The notes below the pieces were generated by a model. It saw only the letters and a list, made by a program, of their open reading frames with translations. It was not told the DNA's origin and made no database searches. From positions 4,278,001 to 4,342,000 of the forward strand of contig CM075977.1 in the NCBI GenBank assembly GCA_038087875.1: a DNA stretch of 64,000 nt, read 5' to 3'. Shown one piece after another: positions 23,865-37,182 of this stretch. Each line of letters opens with the position of its first letter. Position 1 is the stretch's first letter. The translations under genes were made by a program, and so were the position numbers. This stretch comes from Malacoraja senta. Its lineage: Eukaryota.

Positions 23865-24935
23865 ATGAAAAGGAACTGCAGATGCTGGTCTGCACCAAAG
23901 ATAGACAAAAGATGCCAGATTAACTCGTGGGTCAGGCAGCATCTTTGAAGAAAATGGATAGGTGATGTATCAGGTTGGAACGCTTCTTCAGACTGGGAAG
24001 AATGGAAGCAAAGAAAAGCAAAACAAATCAGGCAGGCAATGGATGACTTAAGGCAAAGAGGTTCCCTGATAGGCAGATTGTTGGACCGAGGCTGGATATA
24101 GAAACAGATGTGAGCCCAAAAGGGATACATAGTCATGAACTGTGAAGCTAGTTAGACTTTTAGTGAAGGGAGGAAGGTGCAAGGTCAGCCAAGGTTCATG
24201 GCAAGAGAAGGTAGAGATAAATAAGGGGAAGGGGGGAAGTGTCGAGGGCAAAAAGAGGGGGGGGGGGGGGAACTTACCTAAAATTGGAGAATTCAATTGA
24301 GTTGTAAGCTACCCAAGCAAAATATGAGGTGCTGTTCCTCCAGTGTGCATGCAGCCTCACTCTAGCAATAGAGGAGGCCCAGGATGGAAAGGTTGGAATG
24401 GGAAGGGGAGTTAAAATGGTTTGTGACCAGTTGATGAAATGGGCTTTGGCGGACCGAGTGCATGTGTTCAGCAAAATGGTCGCCGAGACTACACTTGGTC
24501 TCGCCGATGTACAGGAGATCATATCGAGAACACCGGATGCAGTCGATGAGGTTCGGGGAGGTACATGCACACATCTGTCTCACCTGGAAGTACCGCTGGG
24601 TATCCCTGGATGAAGTCGAAGGAGGAGGTAAAAGGACAGGTGTTGTATCTCCTGCGGTTGCAGGGGAAAGTACCTGGGGAGGGGGTGGTTTGGGTGGGAA
24701 GGGATGAGTGAACCAAGGAGTTGCAGAAGTGGTCTCTGGAAGACGGAAAGGTGATGGGAACATAGGATTAGTGGTGGGATAATATTGGTGGTGACGGAAA
24801 TATCGGAGTATGCGCAGGCTGGGAGGGTGAAAGGTGAGGATCAGGGGAACTGTATCTTTTGTGTCTGAGGGGAGAGGGAGTGAGAGCATAACTCGGGACA
24901 CAGAAGCGACACGGGTGAGGGATGCATCTATGAGA
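23865..24935 (-). mobile_element. Penelope-like element with degenerate GIY-YIG endonuclease and terminal repeat
   Basis: ORF 24362-24988: CTSPNLIDCIRCSRYDLLYIGETKCSLGDHFAEH. Confidence 0.9.
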
Positions 24936-26964
24936 CAAGGGGTTAATCTATCTGTGACAGAAATGTAATATTTACAGACTTTTTGCATTGTGTTCGGAGA
25001 TGAGAAATTTTTAATTCAAATGCCATTTCTTCACCATGTTTGATTATATTACTAGTTTCCTAACTGTCAAGTCTTTCATCTATTTTTGCCCTTTGCATAT
25101 CTGACTTATTTTCATGCCCTTATTGTTGTCCTGCACAAGCTGTAGAAACATCTGCTATCTTGGTTGAGATTTGCTAATTCTAGGTGCTATTTTAAGATGT
25201 CAATTTATGTAAAACCTGTTCATGCTGTTTCATTGCAATGTTGCTTTCTTAAATAAATAATTAAAAACTCTGATCAAGGTAGTGCAAAGTGTCAGCAAAG
25301 CTTGAGTGAAAAATTAGACTAGAAGGAAAGTGATGTCTGGAAGTTCAAGAAAGGGAGATCTTGGAGGGGGGGGGGGAAGAGATTTGAAAATGAGCATGTT
25401 TTTTAATGTGAACTTCCCGGAGCTAATATACTTAGGCAATGAGTGGTCTGGAAATGGTGCCAGGAGAGCATTGGCATAGTCATATTTGGGAGCGGTAAAG
25501 ACATCTCTGTTTGAAGCAGTTAGGCTGAGGCAAGAGGGAAGTAAGTGCCCGCTGTTCTGTGTTTTTAGTGTTGGAGAAAAATTAGGGTTGGACACTCAAT
25601 GTGTAAACTAGCACAATTTTAGTATTGACTGGATAGCATGCAAACAAAACTTTTCAATGTATCTCTGTACACGTGACAATAATAAACCAATACTAATATT
25701 CCACGTCTTTGACATTATCACCCTGACATTGATTACGTTGTCCGGATCGAAACCTGGCTGATATGTGATGATACTATCCGAGGTCGTGCTTCCCCATTTG
25801 GTGATGCCGTCAAAGAGGAGGTTGCGACTGTTCATACCAAATTAGAATTTGATTTTTTCTTTATATGTCTGGGATTTGTTTTTATCCATTTGGACTATTA
25901 TACTATCTTCCATCCATTGTTTCCCCTTAACAAAAATTGTACTGCCCATATCAGTACCAAAACATTTTTTTTCCATCATTGTCATTGTTGTCCCTACTTG
26001 TTCAACCTCACTCTCAACATACTGTCCATCTTCAGGTGAATTCACTGCCCTCATATCATCACTTTCTTTAACTCCAAAGCTGGTAATCCACATTCTGCAC
26101 CCATTCCCTTATCTTGATGTCTCCAATGGAGTATTGTGACTGTTCCTATGATCTATTTTCTCTCTGTCTCTCTCTCCCCTCTTTACACGGTCTAACAATC
26201 CATTCTCCAACTAAATCTCTCAATTGTCATCTAACAGGGTATGATTATGCCAAGCTCCATTCTTTTTCTTGGTCACAACCAGAGAATCCCCTGAAATGAA
26301 GTATCTTCTCATTGTGCATAATTAATTCTGGCGCCAGTCGGGAATGTAACATTTTTGCCCCCTTGCCTCTCGGCTCCAACTTCCTCTTGCAACATCATTC
26401 AAAAATACCTTTGTTTTCACAAAAGCTAAAGACACTAATCTCCATGCTACATATATTCTCTCAATTGTCAAATTACTTCAATAACATCTTCTCCAACTCA
26501 TTTCTGAAAACACAATTTTTTTTTTTCCCTTTGGCCTATTCACTCATGGTATTGATTTATTTTTGCAAAGTGCATCTCGTTTCAGTGGAAAAACTTTGCG
26601 TGCTATCTAGTCAAATCATGCTACTCATACAGTCAAATGCTGATCGGTGGCAACAAATGTTATTCCAATCCTTGGGAACCATTTGAAGTTGACCAGGTTG
26701 GTCCCAACCTTGGTGACATTACCTGACTGCTGACACTGTAACCGTGGACTAGGCTACATTAGAAGCCAGCAACCAAATGTCACTTCATTGGTCCAACCCA
26801 GACGAGCACACTGATTGGCAGGAGTTGCCAACCTTATGACCTGAAGCTGAGGCCCAACTGAGCAATGGGCTCGATCTCGCGGAACGTCTGATACCGCAAT
26901 CCGGCATTGAGCCCCGGTTGAGCCGGGGCCTCCGGAGTACTAGCAAACTCCGCTGGTCTCCTCT

Positions 26965-27200
26965 AACCCGACACAGACCCCACCGCACTCCCCCACCCCG
27001 ACACAGACCCCACCGCACTCCCCCACCCAAACTCACAGACCCTACCGCACTCCCCCACCCCGACTCACCCCACCGCACCCCAACCCGACTCGCAGACCCC
27101 CATCGCACTCCCTCAACCCAACTCGCAGAACCCACCCGACTCGCACCACCGCACCCCAACCCGACTCACAGACCCCACCGCACTTCGTCAACCCGACTCA
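26965..27200. repeat. C-rich ~30-bp minisatellite
   Basis: Repeated units like CCCGACACAGACCCCACCGCACTCCCCCA. Confidence 0.85.
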
Positions 27201-27299
27201 TCAGTCTGAAAGGGTCTCGACACAGAACGTCACCCATTCCTTCTCTCCAGAGATGATGCCTGTCCTGCTGAGTTACTCCAGCATTTTGTGTCCACCTCA

Positions 27300-29445
27300 G
27301 ACCCCAACAAAGTCCTCCAGCTTGCAGCTGACTCTACACTGATTCTCAGGTCTGCGCAGAAGCAATCACTTGCCCATTGGAGGTGTCCTGGTTTAAAGGT
27401 GAGGCTGAAAGTGCAGTTTCAAGTCCTTCCCCACCTCTGCAGCACACTACTGGCAAACATTCAAGCTATTGAAAACCATCTGGATGAACTTAAAGCTCAA
27501 CTCAACTCACGAGTAACTGTAGATGCTAGAATCTTGAGCAAAACACAAACTGCTGAGTTACTGAAACGGTTCAGACAACATCCGTGGAAGGAAAATGGAT
27601 CGATTACTTTTCAGACCCGTTCCTGAAGAAGGATCTTGACCTGAAAAGTTGACACTCCATTTCCCTCCGCAGATGCTGCCTGATCTATTGACTTCGTCAA
27701 GTAGTTTGTGTTTTTTTTTTGTTAAAGCTTGACTCGCCTACCTTGGGGAACTGTGAGACTGCAGCCTGCTCTGTTTCACAGAAACATGATTCACACCTGC
27801 TTCACCCGACTGTGACATACAACTTTAATTCACCAGATGAATTATATGGCATCCTCGGATAAGATGAGGCAGAGGGATTTGCTTCCTAATCAACGTCTGT
27901 GGCGCTCAGATGTGGCAGTCCTGGCAAATTCCTGTTCCATGTACATGTAATATCTAATAGTTCAATGCCATCCTGACTACCAGTGCAAGGATTCACTTTG
28001 GCTATTATGACTACAGTTTATATTCAACCTCATGTGCATGTGAAGCTTGCCCTGTAGATAGTATCAATGCCACCAATACCCTTGAAACACACCAGCCCAA
28101 GGCCCTGTTCTTCATAGCTGGGAACTTTAAACAGGCCAACCTCAAGAGTGTGCAACCAAAATAGTATCGAATCGACTCGTTTCACCAGAGGTCCAAATAG
28201 CCTTGACCATCAATCCCCTGTGTGCATTTTCGAAAAGCTGACCATTCGGCTGTGCTCATACTTTCTGTTCTGGACTGGTCCATATTCAAGTAAGTGTGCG
28301 GAAGACTGTGCCAAAGGAGTTAAGATAAGTGTTCCCCAACTAATAAAAATGGATGAACCATGTCACCCATTCCCTCGAAGACCAATTCTGAGGTGTTCAA
28401 GTTGGGTGATCAACCAACGTACAGCAAATCCAAATGCAAAGCCACCTGGGAAACTAAGGGACAATTGATATCAAGCTGGAATCGCAAACTAACCACAGAA
28501 ATACCTGTCAATTGTGACAAGGCTTGTATGCTGTAACTGGGTTGACAAAGCAGTCGGGCAGAATAGTTGGCTGCAATTCATTCCTCCCCAACAGATTCAT
28601 TGCATTCCACTTTGAACAAACTTGTTTTGGTCAAGACTATGTTTGTTTTGGTCAGTGCAATGATTTTGACAGCTCTGGGTTCACCTGTACCCATTGTCAC
28701 CATCATGGATGTCAGATCGGCCTCCCTGAGAGTGAAAATGACAGGTCTACTCTCACAACTTGCATGGACCTGCTGGTAGGAGTAGTCACCGACGTCTTTA
28801 ATCTCTCCAATCTGAGATTCCCACCTGCTTTAAGAGGACATCTTTCAACCCAGAGCCAAAGAAAAACAAGTTAGCATTGGCTTAATCTCTATTTTCCAAT
28901 GGCTGTGACATCCACCATCATGAAGCACTTTGAGAAGCTGATATGGCAATTGCTCTGACCAAAACCACAAGACATTACAGGGAATTGTGAACGCAACCCA
29001 GTCCATCAGACAAACCTGCCTTCACTCCCCCCCCCCCCCCCCCCCCCACCACCACCACCACTACCACCCCAAGGCAAGTACCATCATAAATTGAGCTTTT
29101 ATTGTCACATATGCAAAGTGCTAACATACTTAAGTCAGGCCTTTCGTTCAGCCGCAGGGGACTGGCATGGCAGCTTCCCCCTGGAAGCCGTGATCCGCTG
29201 GTCCAGGTCTTGAGGCAACCGGATTCAAGAACAGCTTCTTTGTCACTGTTACAGACTTTTGAATAGACTTCTCATGTGCTAAAGATCCTCCATTCTATCT
29301 CATTGTGGCCCTTGCACTTTTTTTTAAATATATGCACTATATTCTGAGCTCTGTTTATTTTCCCTTTTTCCTGGCCTGATGTACTTGTGTATGGTGTACT
29401 TTTCCTGGATATCATGCAAAACATCTCAGTACATGACAATAATAA
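27300..29445 (+). mobile_element. Degenerate Rex1/Babar LINE (APE, partial RT, 3' tail) with a nested inverted PLE repeat at ~27510-27720
   Basis: LLANIQAIENHLDELK, LCFTET, AGNFKQANLKSV, TRGPNSLDH; tail catgacaataataa. Confidence 0.78.
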
Positions 29446-29899
29446 TTTTGAGATGTGCTTTGAATACAAACACCAAAACACAAAATGCAACAATATAATG
29501 TCAATTTGTTCCATTGCTGGCTGGTCTTATCAGCTGTTGAAAAACCAATCTTATCACCAATCCTGTCCTTGCACCCCTAAAATGACCGATACGTTTTTAA
29601 AATCCATCTTTGAATGACCTCTCTTTCCCTATCCTTGTAATATTCCCAGAAATCTGTACTATCTGCACATACAATTTTGGCCTCATTCTTATCTGATATT
29701 TGATTGTTGCTTTATTAGCCCTGTTCTTGCAGCTTTCAGTGCTTGGAACTCTGGAATTCACTTCAGTGACTTCTACATTCCTTTTCACTTGATGTTCCTT
29801 CAAATTTTAAGTTGAATGTTGTAATATTGTCCTTGATTTTTATCAGTGTTTCTATGAAGCACTTTGGAATGCCTTCAAGGCATGAGATAAATCAAGTGT

Positions 29900-31950
29900 A
29901 GGCTCTATGGCCCAACTCATCCGTACACTCTGAGAATGTTGATCTCTGTTAATCCCATTTTTCTTGCATTTAGCCCATATTCGTCTACCTCTTGTACCTA
30001 CCTCTACCATCTCCTTAGGCTGTTTGTTCCATACATCTACCATCCTTGATGTAGTAAAACTGGCCCCTCAGATCTCCTTTAAATATTTCCCCTCTCAAGA
30101 CCCGTATTTCAGAAGTGTCCCAACCCGAAACGTCACCTATTCCTTTTCTCCAGAGAGGATACCCGACCCGCTGAGTTACTCCAGCATTCTGTGTCTACCT
30201 TCGGTGTAAACCAGCATCTGCAGTTCCTTCCTACACAATTATGGATCTGGTTAGCCACAAGTCGTCTGCCCTAACTTTCTGTACCAACCTACCTTGCCAG
30301 ACATTGTCATAAAGCCTGGCTAAAGTCCTGAAGACATGGGAGCAGAATAAGATAATTCAGTCTATTAAGTTTACTCCATCATTCAATCGTGCATGTCTCC
30401 AGTTCTAGATACACCATAGAAAAATCCACTATCCCCATCTGGATGCATTACAACTTTTGACTCCTTTAAAAATACCCAATGGCTTGACCTCCACAACCAT
30501 CTGGGCAGTGAATTCCACAGATTCATCACCCTCTGGCTAAAGAAAGTCTTCCTCATCTCCATTATAAAGGTATGTCTTTTTATTCTGAGGCTGTACCCTC
30601 TGGTTCTAGACTCTTCTATTACTGGAAACATCCTCTCCACATCCACTCTATCTAGACCTCTCATTATCCAGTAGGTTTCAATGAGATCTGCCCTCATCCT
30701 TCTAAACTCTGGTGAATCTATACCCTCAAACCTTCCACAAAGGCTAACCCAACATGTATACCACATCTACTGTCTTGCCTTCATCAATTTTCTCAGCAAC
30801 CTCAATAATAACTCTTATCAAATTTTGAGGCAGGATTTACCATGCAAAATACCCCAATGATTCTCCGTAGTTGGTCCCTACCTTTCCAAGTGATCATAAA
30901 TCCGTTCCCATTTTTTTTTTTGTGCTGTAGTTTCCCTACTACTGATGTGAGGCTCACTGTCCTGTAGTTTCCTGGCTTATCCTCGCTGCACTTTCTAAAT
31001 AAGGAAACAACATTAGCTACTCTCCAGTCTTTTGGTACCTCACCCATATCTAAAGGTGATGCAAAATTCTCTACCAGACTCCCAGCAATCTCTCCCCTTG
31101 CTTCACATAAGACTCTGGGATAGAATTCATCATGCTCTGGGGATTTGTCCTCCTTAATGTGTATCAATATTTTTAATACTTATTCATTCATTCCTGATGC
31201 GCGTGTTCCAGGCTATGGGTGTACACCTCCATCTTTCTCCCTGATGAATTCAAGACACCACACATATTTTGACTCCATTCAAAGATTTATATTTTGGTCC
31301 CTGAGGGGTACAACTCTTTTCTTTGCTACCCTCTGATAATATATTTATCAAGACTTTTGGAATGTTCTTTAATTGAGTTGGCCAGGGCCATTTCATGTCC
31401 CTTTGTTACCATCCTGTTTTCTTACGTTCTCTCCTGTATCCTCTATAAACCTCAAAGGATTTGCTTGATAACCATTTCCCATATCTAACATATGCTTCCT
31501 GATCAAACCCTCAATTTCCTTTGTTAGGTATTGTTCCCCTAATCTTAACTCCCATTTCACTTTTTAATGCCATTACTTTTCAGATGTTGTTTTTCACTCC
31601 AACAGCTGCTCCCAATCGACTTTGCCTAGGTCCTGTCACAATTGAAATCATCCCTTCTCTGATTTAAGTCCAAGCTTATTTTTTTCCATTACTACCTTTA
31701 AAGCTTAAGGAATTATGATCACTGTTCGCAAAGGATTCCTCCACTGACACTTCCACCACTTGCCTAACCTCATTCCCTAAAATATGGTTCAGTACAACTC
31801 CCTCCCTGCTACCAATCTCCACATGCTGCTTTCAAAACCCCTTCTGGATGCAGTTAACAAAATCCACCCCATCCCTCTTTTCCCAATCTAGATGATATTT
31901 GGAAAGTTAAAATTACTCACTATTGCTTTTGCATCCTGCTACTATTTGAC
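29900..31950 (-). mobile_element. Old CR1 ORF2 with a nested PLE repeat (30110-30237) and a younger CR1 3' end (~30330-30720)
   Basis: ORF 30802-31167 DKSP..WRVANVVSLFRK..GNYRTVSLTSVVGKL. Confidence 0.8.
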
Positions 31951-34619
31951 TGCATATTTGTTCTTATAATTTTTTTGGAGGTCTATATTTAGAATTAATC
32001 AAAATTATCACCCCTTTGCTACGTTCTACCAATATAGTTTAATTTGCTGACACAGACTGCATACACTCAGATCTGGAGCAACAAAAATATCTGCTGGACA
32101 AACTCAGCAGGTTGAGCCACATCTGTGGGGGGAAATAAATTGTAGATGTTTGGGTTAAAATCCTTGAGAGTGAAATGTCAAGTTCCTCCAGCAGTTTGTT
32201 CTTTATATTTTCTTTTTTTAATGGGTTCTTTAGCTCAGTTTGGTGTGAAATTCTGAAAGCAAGTTGGTTGATATGCGATTTGTCAAGTGTTACTGTCAAA
32301 CAGGAAGCTGGTGGTGAAAACTTCAGATATTTAGTGTATGTCGATTTTATTTGTAAATGTTTTGTATAAAAATATTGAAGTTGGGAGCAACTGTCTTCTT
32401 ACTGACAAGAACAAATAAGGTGACGTTATAAATGGTGTGAGGCAGATTAGGGATGATGCCAGGAAGCGTTTCCTCAGGCATGAAATAATGAAAAAAATAT
32501 ATTTCAACTTTTTTTCAAGTGAAATTAATCATTTTTTTAATGTACAGTTATAGTTTGTAAAATATTGCAATTGCAATTAAGTCTTCATCTTGTTCTGAAA
32601 TGATCAAAGTTATGGCAGAGCTTTGACCTCAACACTTCAATGCTTGTCATACATTTTGATTTGCTTGTAGTTCAAAAACTTTGCCTTTCATTTGTTTTAA
32701 AATGACTCAGCATCCACAACTCCAAGGGTAGATAATTCCCAAGTGAAGAAACCACTCCCAAACTGGTTAAACTGGCAGTATTTATTTCAGATTTTCACTA
32801 ACTTTTATTTCCTATCTTTGTGTTACTGCTGAACTTGGGTTTATTGTATTCTATTCCACAGAGGATGGACTGGGACAGGCCAAACCGATCCAAGTACCAT
32901 TCTGTCAATTTTTTATAACCGATTTTGATCCCAATTACCTTTTGAAATTTTCTATGCTCACCAAGACTAATCATCAATTCCATGACTTCTAATTTAAACA
33001 AACTATCTTTTAACTACAACTCTGCCATCTCCATCACATGTCATGAAGGTTGTAGAATACTCCCTATTTGACTGCATGTCACTCCAAATGCACTCAATGA
33101 GGCAACATAATATGGCACCTTGTTCATCACTTTAAACGTTCACTGCTTTGATTCGCATATATTTGCTGCAGGATGCCACCAATAAAGTGCAATGCAGTTA
33201 CTTGTCAAGCTGCAATGATAGCATCTCCCAAACCTGCCACATCTATGACAACGAAGGGCAAGGCCAGATAACATAAAGAAATGCCATTAATATCTGCAGT
33301 TTACTGTCCAAATCGGATCACCCCAAGTTGGAAATATGTGGCTGTTCATTTACCAGTACCAAACTCTGGAACTCCTTGCCCAGTTGCTTAAGAAGATGAA
33401 TAAACAAGACTGAATTGGATTAAAAAGGTTTCCCACTAGCTTGCAGAAGATAGGGGTGTACAAAAATCAATGATCTTAATGTTTGAAAATGGTTAATATT
33501 GGAAATCTATCACTTGCCTATTAGTCTACAATTATCACTCATCCGTTAGCCTCATTCAATTAATTGGTGATCTATACAAATATTAATGTTTGTCATCAAT
33601 GTGCTCATTTATGCTGGTTCTCCCTTTGACTGATGAAAATGTTCAAGACTTTCAATTATTCTATCCCTAATTATAGACTCCAGTAATTTCATTTTAGCTT
33701 TACACTGTAATACTCCAAAAATAGTCAAAGAATGAAATGCTCAAATTTCCTGTCTGAATCTGATCAACGTTTTAATTTATTTGGGCCAAATGCAATATTT
33801 TTCCAATTTCCTGTGAAATCTGGGAACGGAAACCTCTGGCCTACGAATTTGCCACTCTTCAATGAATGCCATTTTTTTGCCTAGCTTTTCTCGTCCACAT
33901 CCCAGTATTAATCGTCTTGCATGGAATGCACCCATATTTGACCATTGTCGAACAGCTTTGACTATGAGTGGTTTCGTGTTGTTACTATTTATGAATATTC
34001 CCTCTGTATAAAGAAATATATAAGCCTTATTATTCTTTAGCACCTTTTTTCCTCTGTCCAAAGATGCAAGTTATGTTTTCACACTCGGCTTTTTCTTGCT
34101 GTTTGCATATCTGCAGGAAGAGAGCTTTGTATATTTCATTGTTAATATGGTCAAGGCTTTGGTTCAGTGTCTGTATTTTACTCTGACGTGCACCTCCAGG
34201 CGTAATAGACTCGATAATGCTGTGCAGGTTAAGGGGAGTGCGTGAGAGAGTTGTTTTCGGTGTTCCATTAAAAAAAAAATCACATTGGCAGTGAGCAGAG
34301 GCTTGCGAATGGCTGCTGGGGCTGTGCTCATCCGAACAAGGGCAGCAGCACCCTCCAGAAAAGCTGCAGTGCGCGGCATTTGTGACTTTGTCACATTTCG
34401 CTTAGCTGCCGCACTCGAAGCGCCTTTTGTTGATTTCCCCCGTGTCTGAGAATATGCACATCGCCGCCACCTTTAATTTTAAAATGGTTCATTAAAAAAA
34501 AACCTCGGCTCTCGAGTATAAAATAATGCAAGAGGTTTAAACCCCCTACCTTTTTTTTTTTTTGCATTGCGGCTTAGAAAAACGTATGATGAAGGAACGG
34601 TCGGTATAATGATAGTAAT

Positions 34620-35770
34620 AAACCCCTCTGACTGACTTAAGTGTCGGCGCCGGGCGAGGTTGTCCGTTGGTGCGGCGGGCGCGCGCGCTTTTTCCCCGTG
34701 AGCGCCATTTTGTGTTGGGGGAGGGGGAGGAGAGGAAGGGAAGGTGCGGGGGGAGGGGGGGGAAGAAAGGGAAGGAGGCAGAACACAAGATGGCCGCCGG
34801 TGGCTTGAAGCGAATGGCTTCCCCGGCTGTGAGTGAGAGCACCAGCGAAGCGCGGCCGCAGCAGCACCACCACGGGCTCAACTTGGCCGTGTCGTCATCA
34901 GCACTGCCGCCGCTATCCTCGTCGTCGTCGTCGTCGTCTTCTTCTTCGTCGTCTTCTTCGCCAGCGTCCTCGCTGCCGTCGTCCTCTCCGCTCTCGTCGG
35001 CGGCTTCTAACGGCACTTTAGACGAAGGCGAAGGGGAGGAAAATAATAAAAATAAAAAACTCGCCGGCCCTTTGTATTTTTCTGTCGACCGTATGGACTC
35101 TCTGTTGGGCCGGCGGACGAGAGTGCGGCGGCGTCCCGACACCGAGCCTTTTTACCACGGCGACGGCGAGAAGTGCGCTGTGGCCGCTCAGGGAGGAGCG
35201 AAAGAGCCCGAGACAAAAACTTACAACCACCACAACCATCACAACCACCATTCTCCTCACCGGCGGCACCACCACCACCGCCAGGCCGGCGAGTTGCAGC
35301 AGAGGCGGGTGAGTGCTACGGAAGCCCCCGACCTCGGCCTACAGCGGGGGGACTCGCGGCTTCACGGCCGGGACGGAATGAATTCTGACGGGTTTCTCTC
35401 TGCCACGGGCGACGGCAAAGAGATGGGGAAGGCGACGGGATCGAGCACCGCCGGCAACGGCTTGGTGAAAGAAGCGCCTTGTCTCAGCTGTGACTCTGGC
35501 CTGGTGAATGGCAACAACAAAGCAGTGGGCGGCTGTGGCGTCCAGCGGAGCAACGGCGCCATCTCGCTTAATTCGGCCTCGCCTGGTAAGGGGAACTCGG
35601 ATAAAAGCCGCTGGCATCGGCTGCAAGCTACCACCAACACCCCTGCCTCTGATTTCGGCCTGCTGTCTAAAGGCAACAGCAAAATCCCCAACCTCGAGTA
35701 CGGATGTCGAGCGGATCTCCATGGCCCCAACCCGATGGGAGTTTCGTTCAAACCTCTCTGCGGCGAAATA
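34620..35770. promoter_or_regulatory. CpG island with candidate TSS (pyrimidine tract 34688-34697) and YY1 motifs (34703-34711; 34786-34794)
   Basis: High CpG density in unique sequence; GCGCGCGCTTTTTCCCC, CGCCATTTT, CAAGATGGC. Confidence 0.7.
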
Positions 35771-36486
35771 AATCTAAATTGTCTAGGGACTGAGACCAAA
35801 AACACAAAAAAACATTCTCCTGAGAGCACCAGCACAAACAGTAATACCATTAACCACCATAACAGTCTCAGCGTTGTCAGCAATCACAATAATATTAGTG
35901 TTAGCCAGGATGAGGTGAGTGCTCAGAGTTTATTAGTTGCCAGTAAACAAGCTGAGATCAGGAGCAGGGCTCATAGACTCTGCAAGCGTTTGCAGGTTGT
36001 GCAAGCCAAGCAGGTGGAGCGCCATGCCCAGCAGCAGCTGGCAGGTTTGGTGGGACACAGTTTAAAGCAGTTTTCTTCATCTTTCACCGAAAGTCTTATT
36101 AACAACTGTAGTAGCATTAACAATAAACACACAAGCACTTTGCATGGGAAAAACAACCTGCAGGTTGGATCTTTACTGCTGAGGAGTAGTTTTCCAAGGA
36201 CGGATCCAGAAGGAGGTGCTGATGATGGTGTTCGTTCCAGTCCCAGTTCCTCCCTTGGATTTGGGGGAAGCAGTAAATGTTTATTATCTTCACCGAATGG
36301 AGATACTTTCTCTGGTTTTGTGAAAGATCGAGCTATTTCTGAGGATCTACTAAAATTGGTATCCAGTGTGACTGCAAAACTCAGAACTTCTGAGCGGGCT
36401 TTTGATTCTGATGCCACAGAAAGCAGCTCAGGGGGTGAGACTGATGTAGAAGAGGATACACGATTGGAGTATCGGCATGCAATTCT
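34790..36486 (+). CDS. KANSL1: First coding exon of a KANSL1-family protein (KAT8 regulatory NSL complex subunit 1-like); gene continues beyond the window; exact paralog uncertain
   Basis: [27 protein letters not shown] and ERAFDSDATESSSGGETDVEE match conserved KANSL1 blocks as I recall them ([41 protein letters not shown]); Kozak AAGATGG; ends at phase-2 donor CT|GTAAGT (36487) like KANSL1's large first coding exon. Confidence 0.85.
34916..34960 (+). repeat. (TCG/TCT)n trinucleotide repeat encoding poly-Ser
   Basis: Direct sequence inside the KANSL1-like exon. Confidence 0.9.
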
Positions 36487-37102
36487 GTAAGTAAAGAGAT
36501 ATAAGTGTTGACTTTTAGTATGCAAGGGACTTTTTTATCATTTATTTTAGCAATTGGACTTCCCCACGTATTTAAGGATAAGCAATCATGATTTTAAAGT
36601 ACATAATGTTACATAATATTACATATGTCTTACATATATAAGAAGAGTTCAGCTTTTATTTGACAATATGTTTTTTTGTTCTTGTTAATTTGTCATAAGT
36701 GATTGGAGTAGAATTAGGCCATTTGGCCCATCCAGTCTACACCATTCAATCATGGCTGATCTATCTATCCCTCCTAACCCCATTCTCCTGCCTTCTCCCC
36801 ATAACCTCTGACACCCGTACTAATCAAGAAAAGGGAAACTGTCAAGGGAAATTTGCATCTGCATTGAGTTGGAAGGTTATGATTAGCCTATTGTTCTTCA
36901 AGTTGCTGAAGTCCATCAATTGCGAGTATTGAATTTACTCATCGGGTAGCAATATTGTGTTATTTAACCATTTCACAGTACAACACTATGTTTTGAAGTT
37001 GTGTCGACAGATTAGCAGGGTATTAGATATGTTTGATGCTTGTCTGTTCATTTTTGTTTTTCTTACAGGCTTAATCTCATTTTTCTGACTTTAAAACTTT
37101 TA

Positions 37103-37150
37103 ATATATATTATATACACACACACACAATGAATATCAAGTTTGTGTGTG

Positions 37151-37182
<32 letters not shown>
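37103..37182. repeat. Compound (TA)/(CA)/(TG) microsatellite with inverted symmetry
   Basis: Direct sequence. Confidence 0.85.

Noticed and set aside
25314-26560. Several 75-125 aa ORFs
   Set aside because: No coherent exon structure; DYAN-like remnants suggest very old L2/CR1-type debris, too decayed to call.
26965-27200. Regular ~30-bp repeats as a possible CRISPR-like array
   Set aside because: No unique spacers and a eukaryotic context; simple minisatellite.
34546-35142. 198-aa acidic antisense ORF and other antisense ORFs to 36525
   Set aside because: Shadows of the GC-rich, low-complexity KANSL1-like exon.
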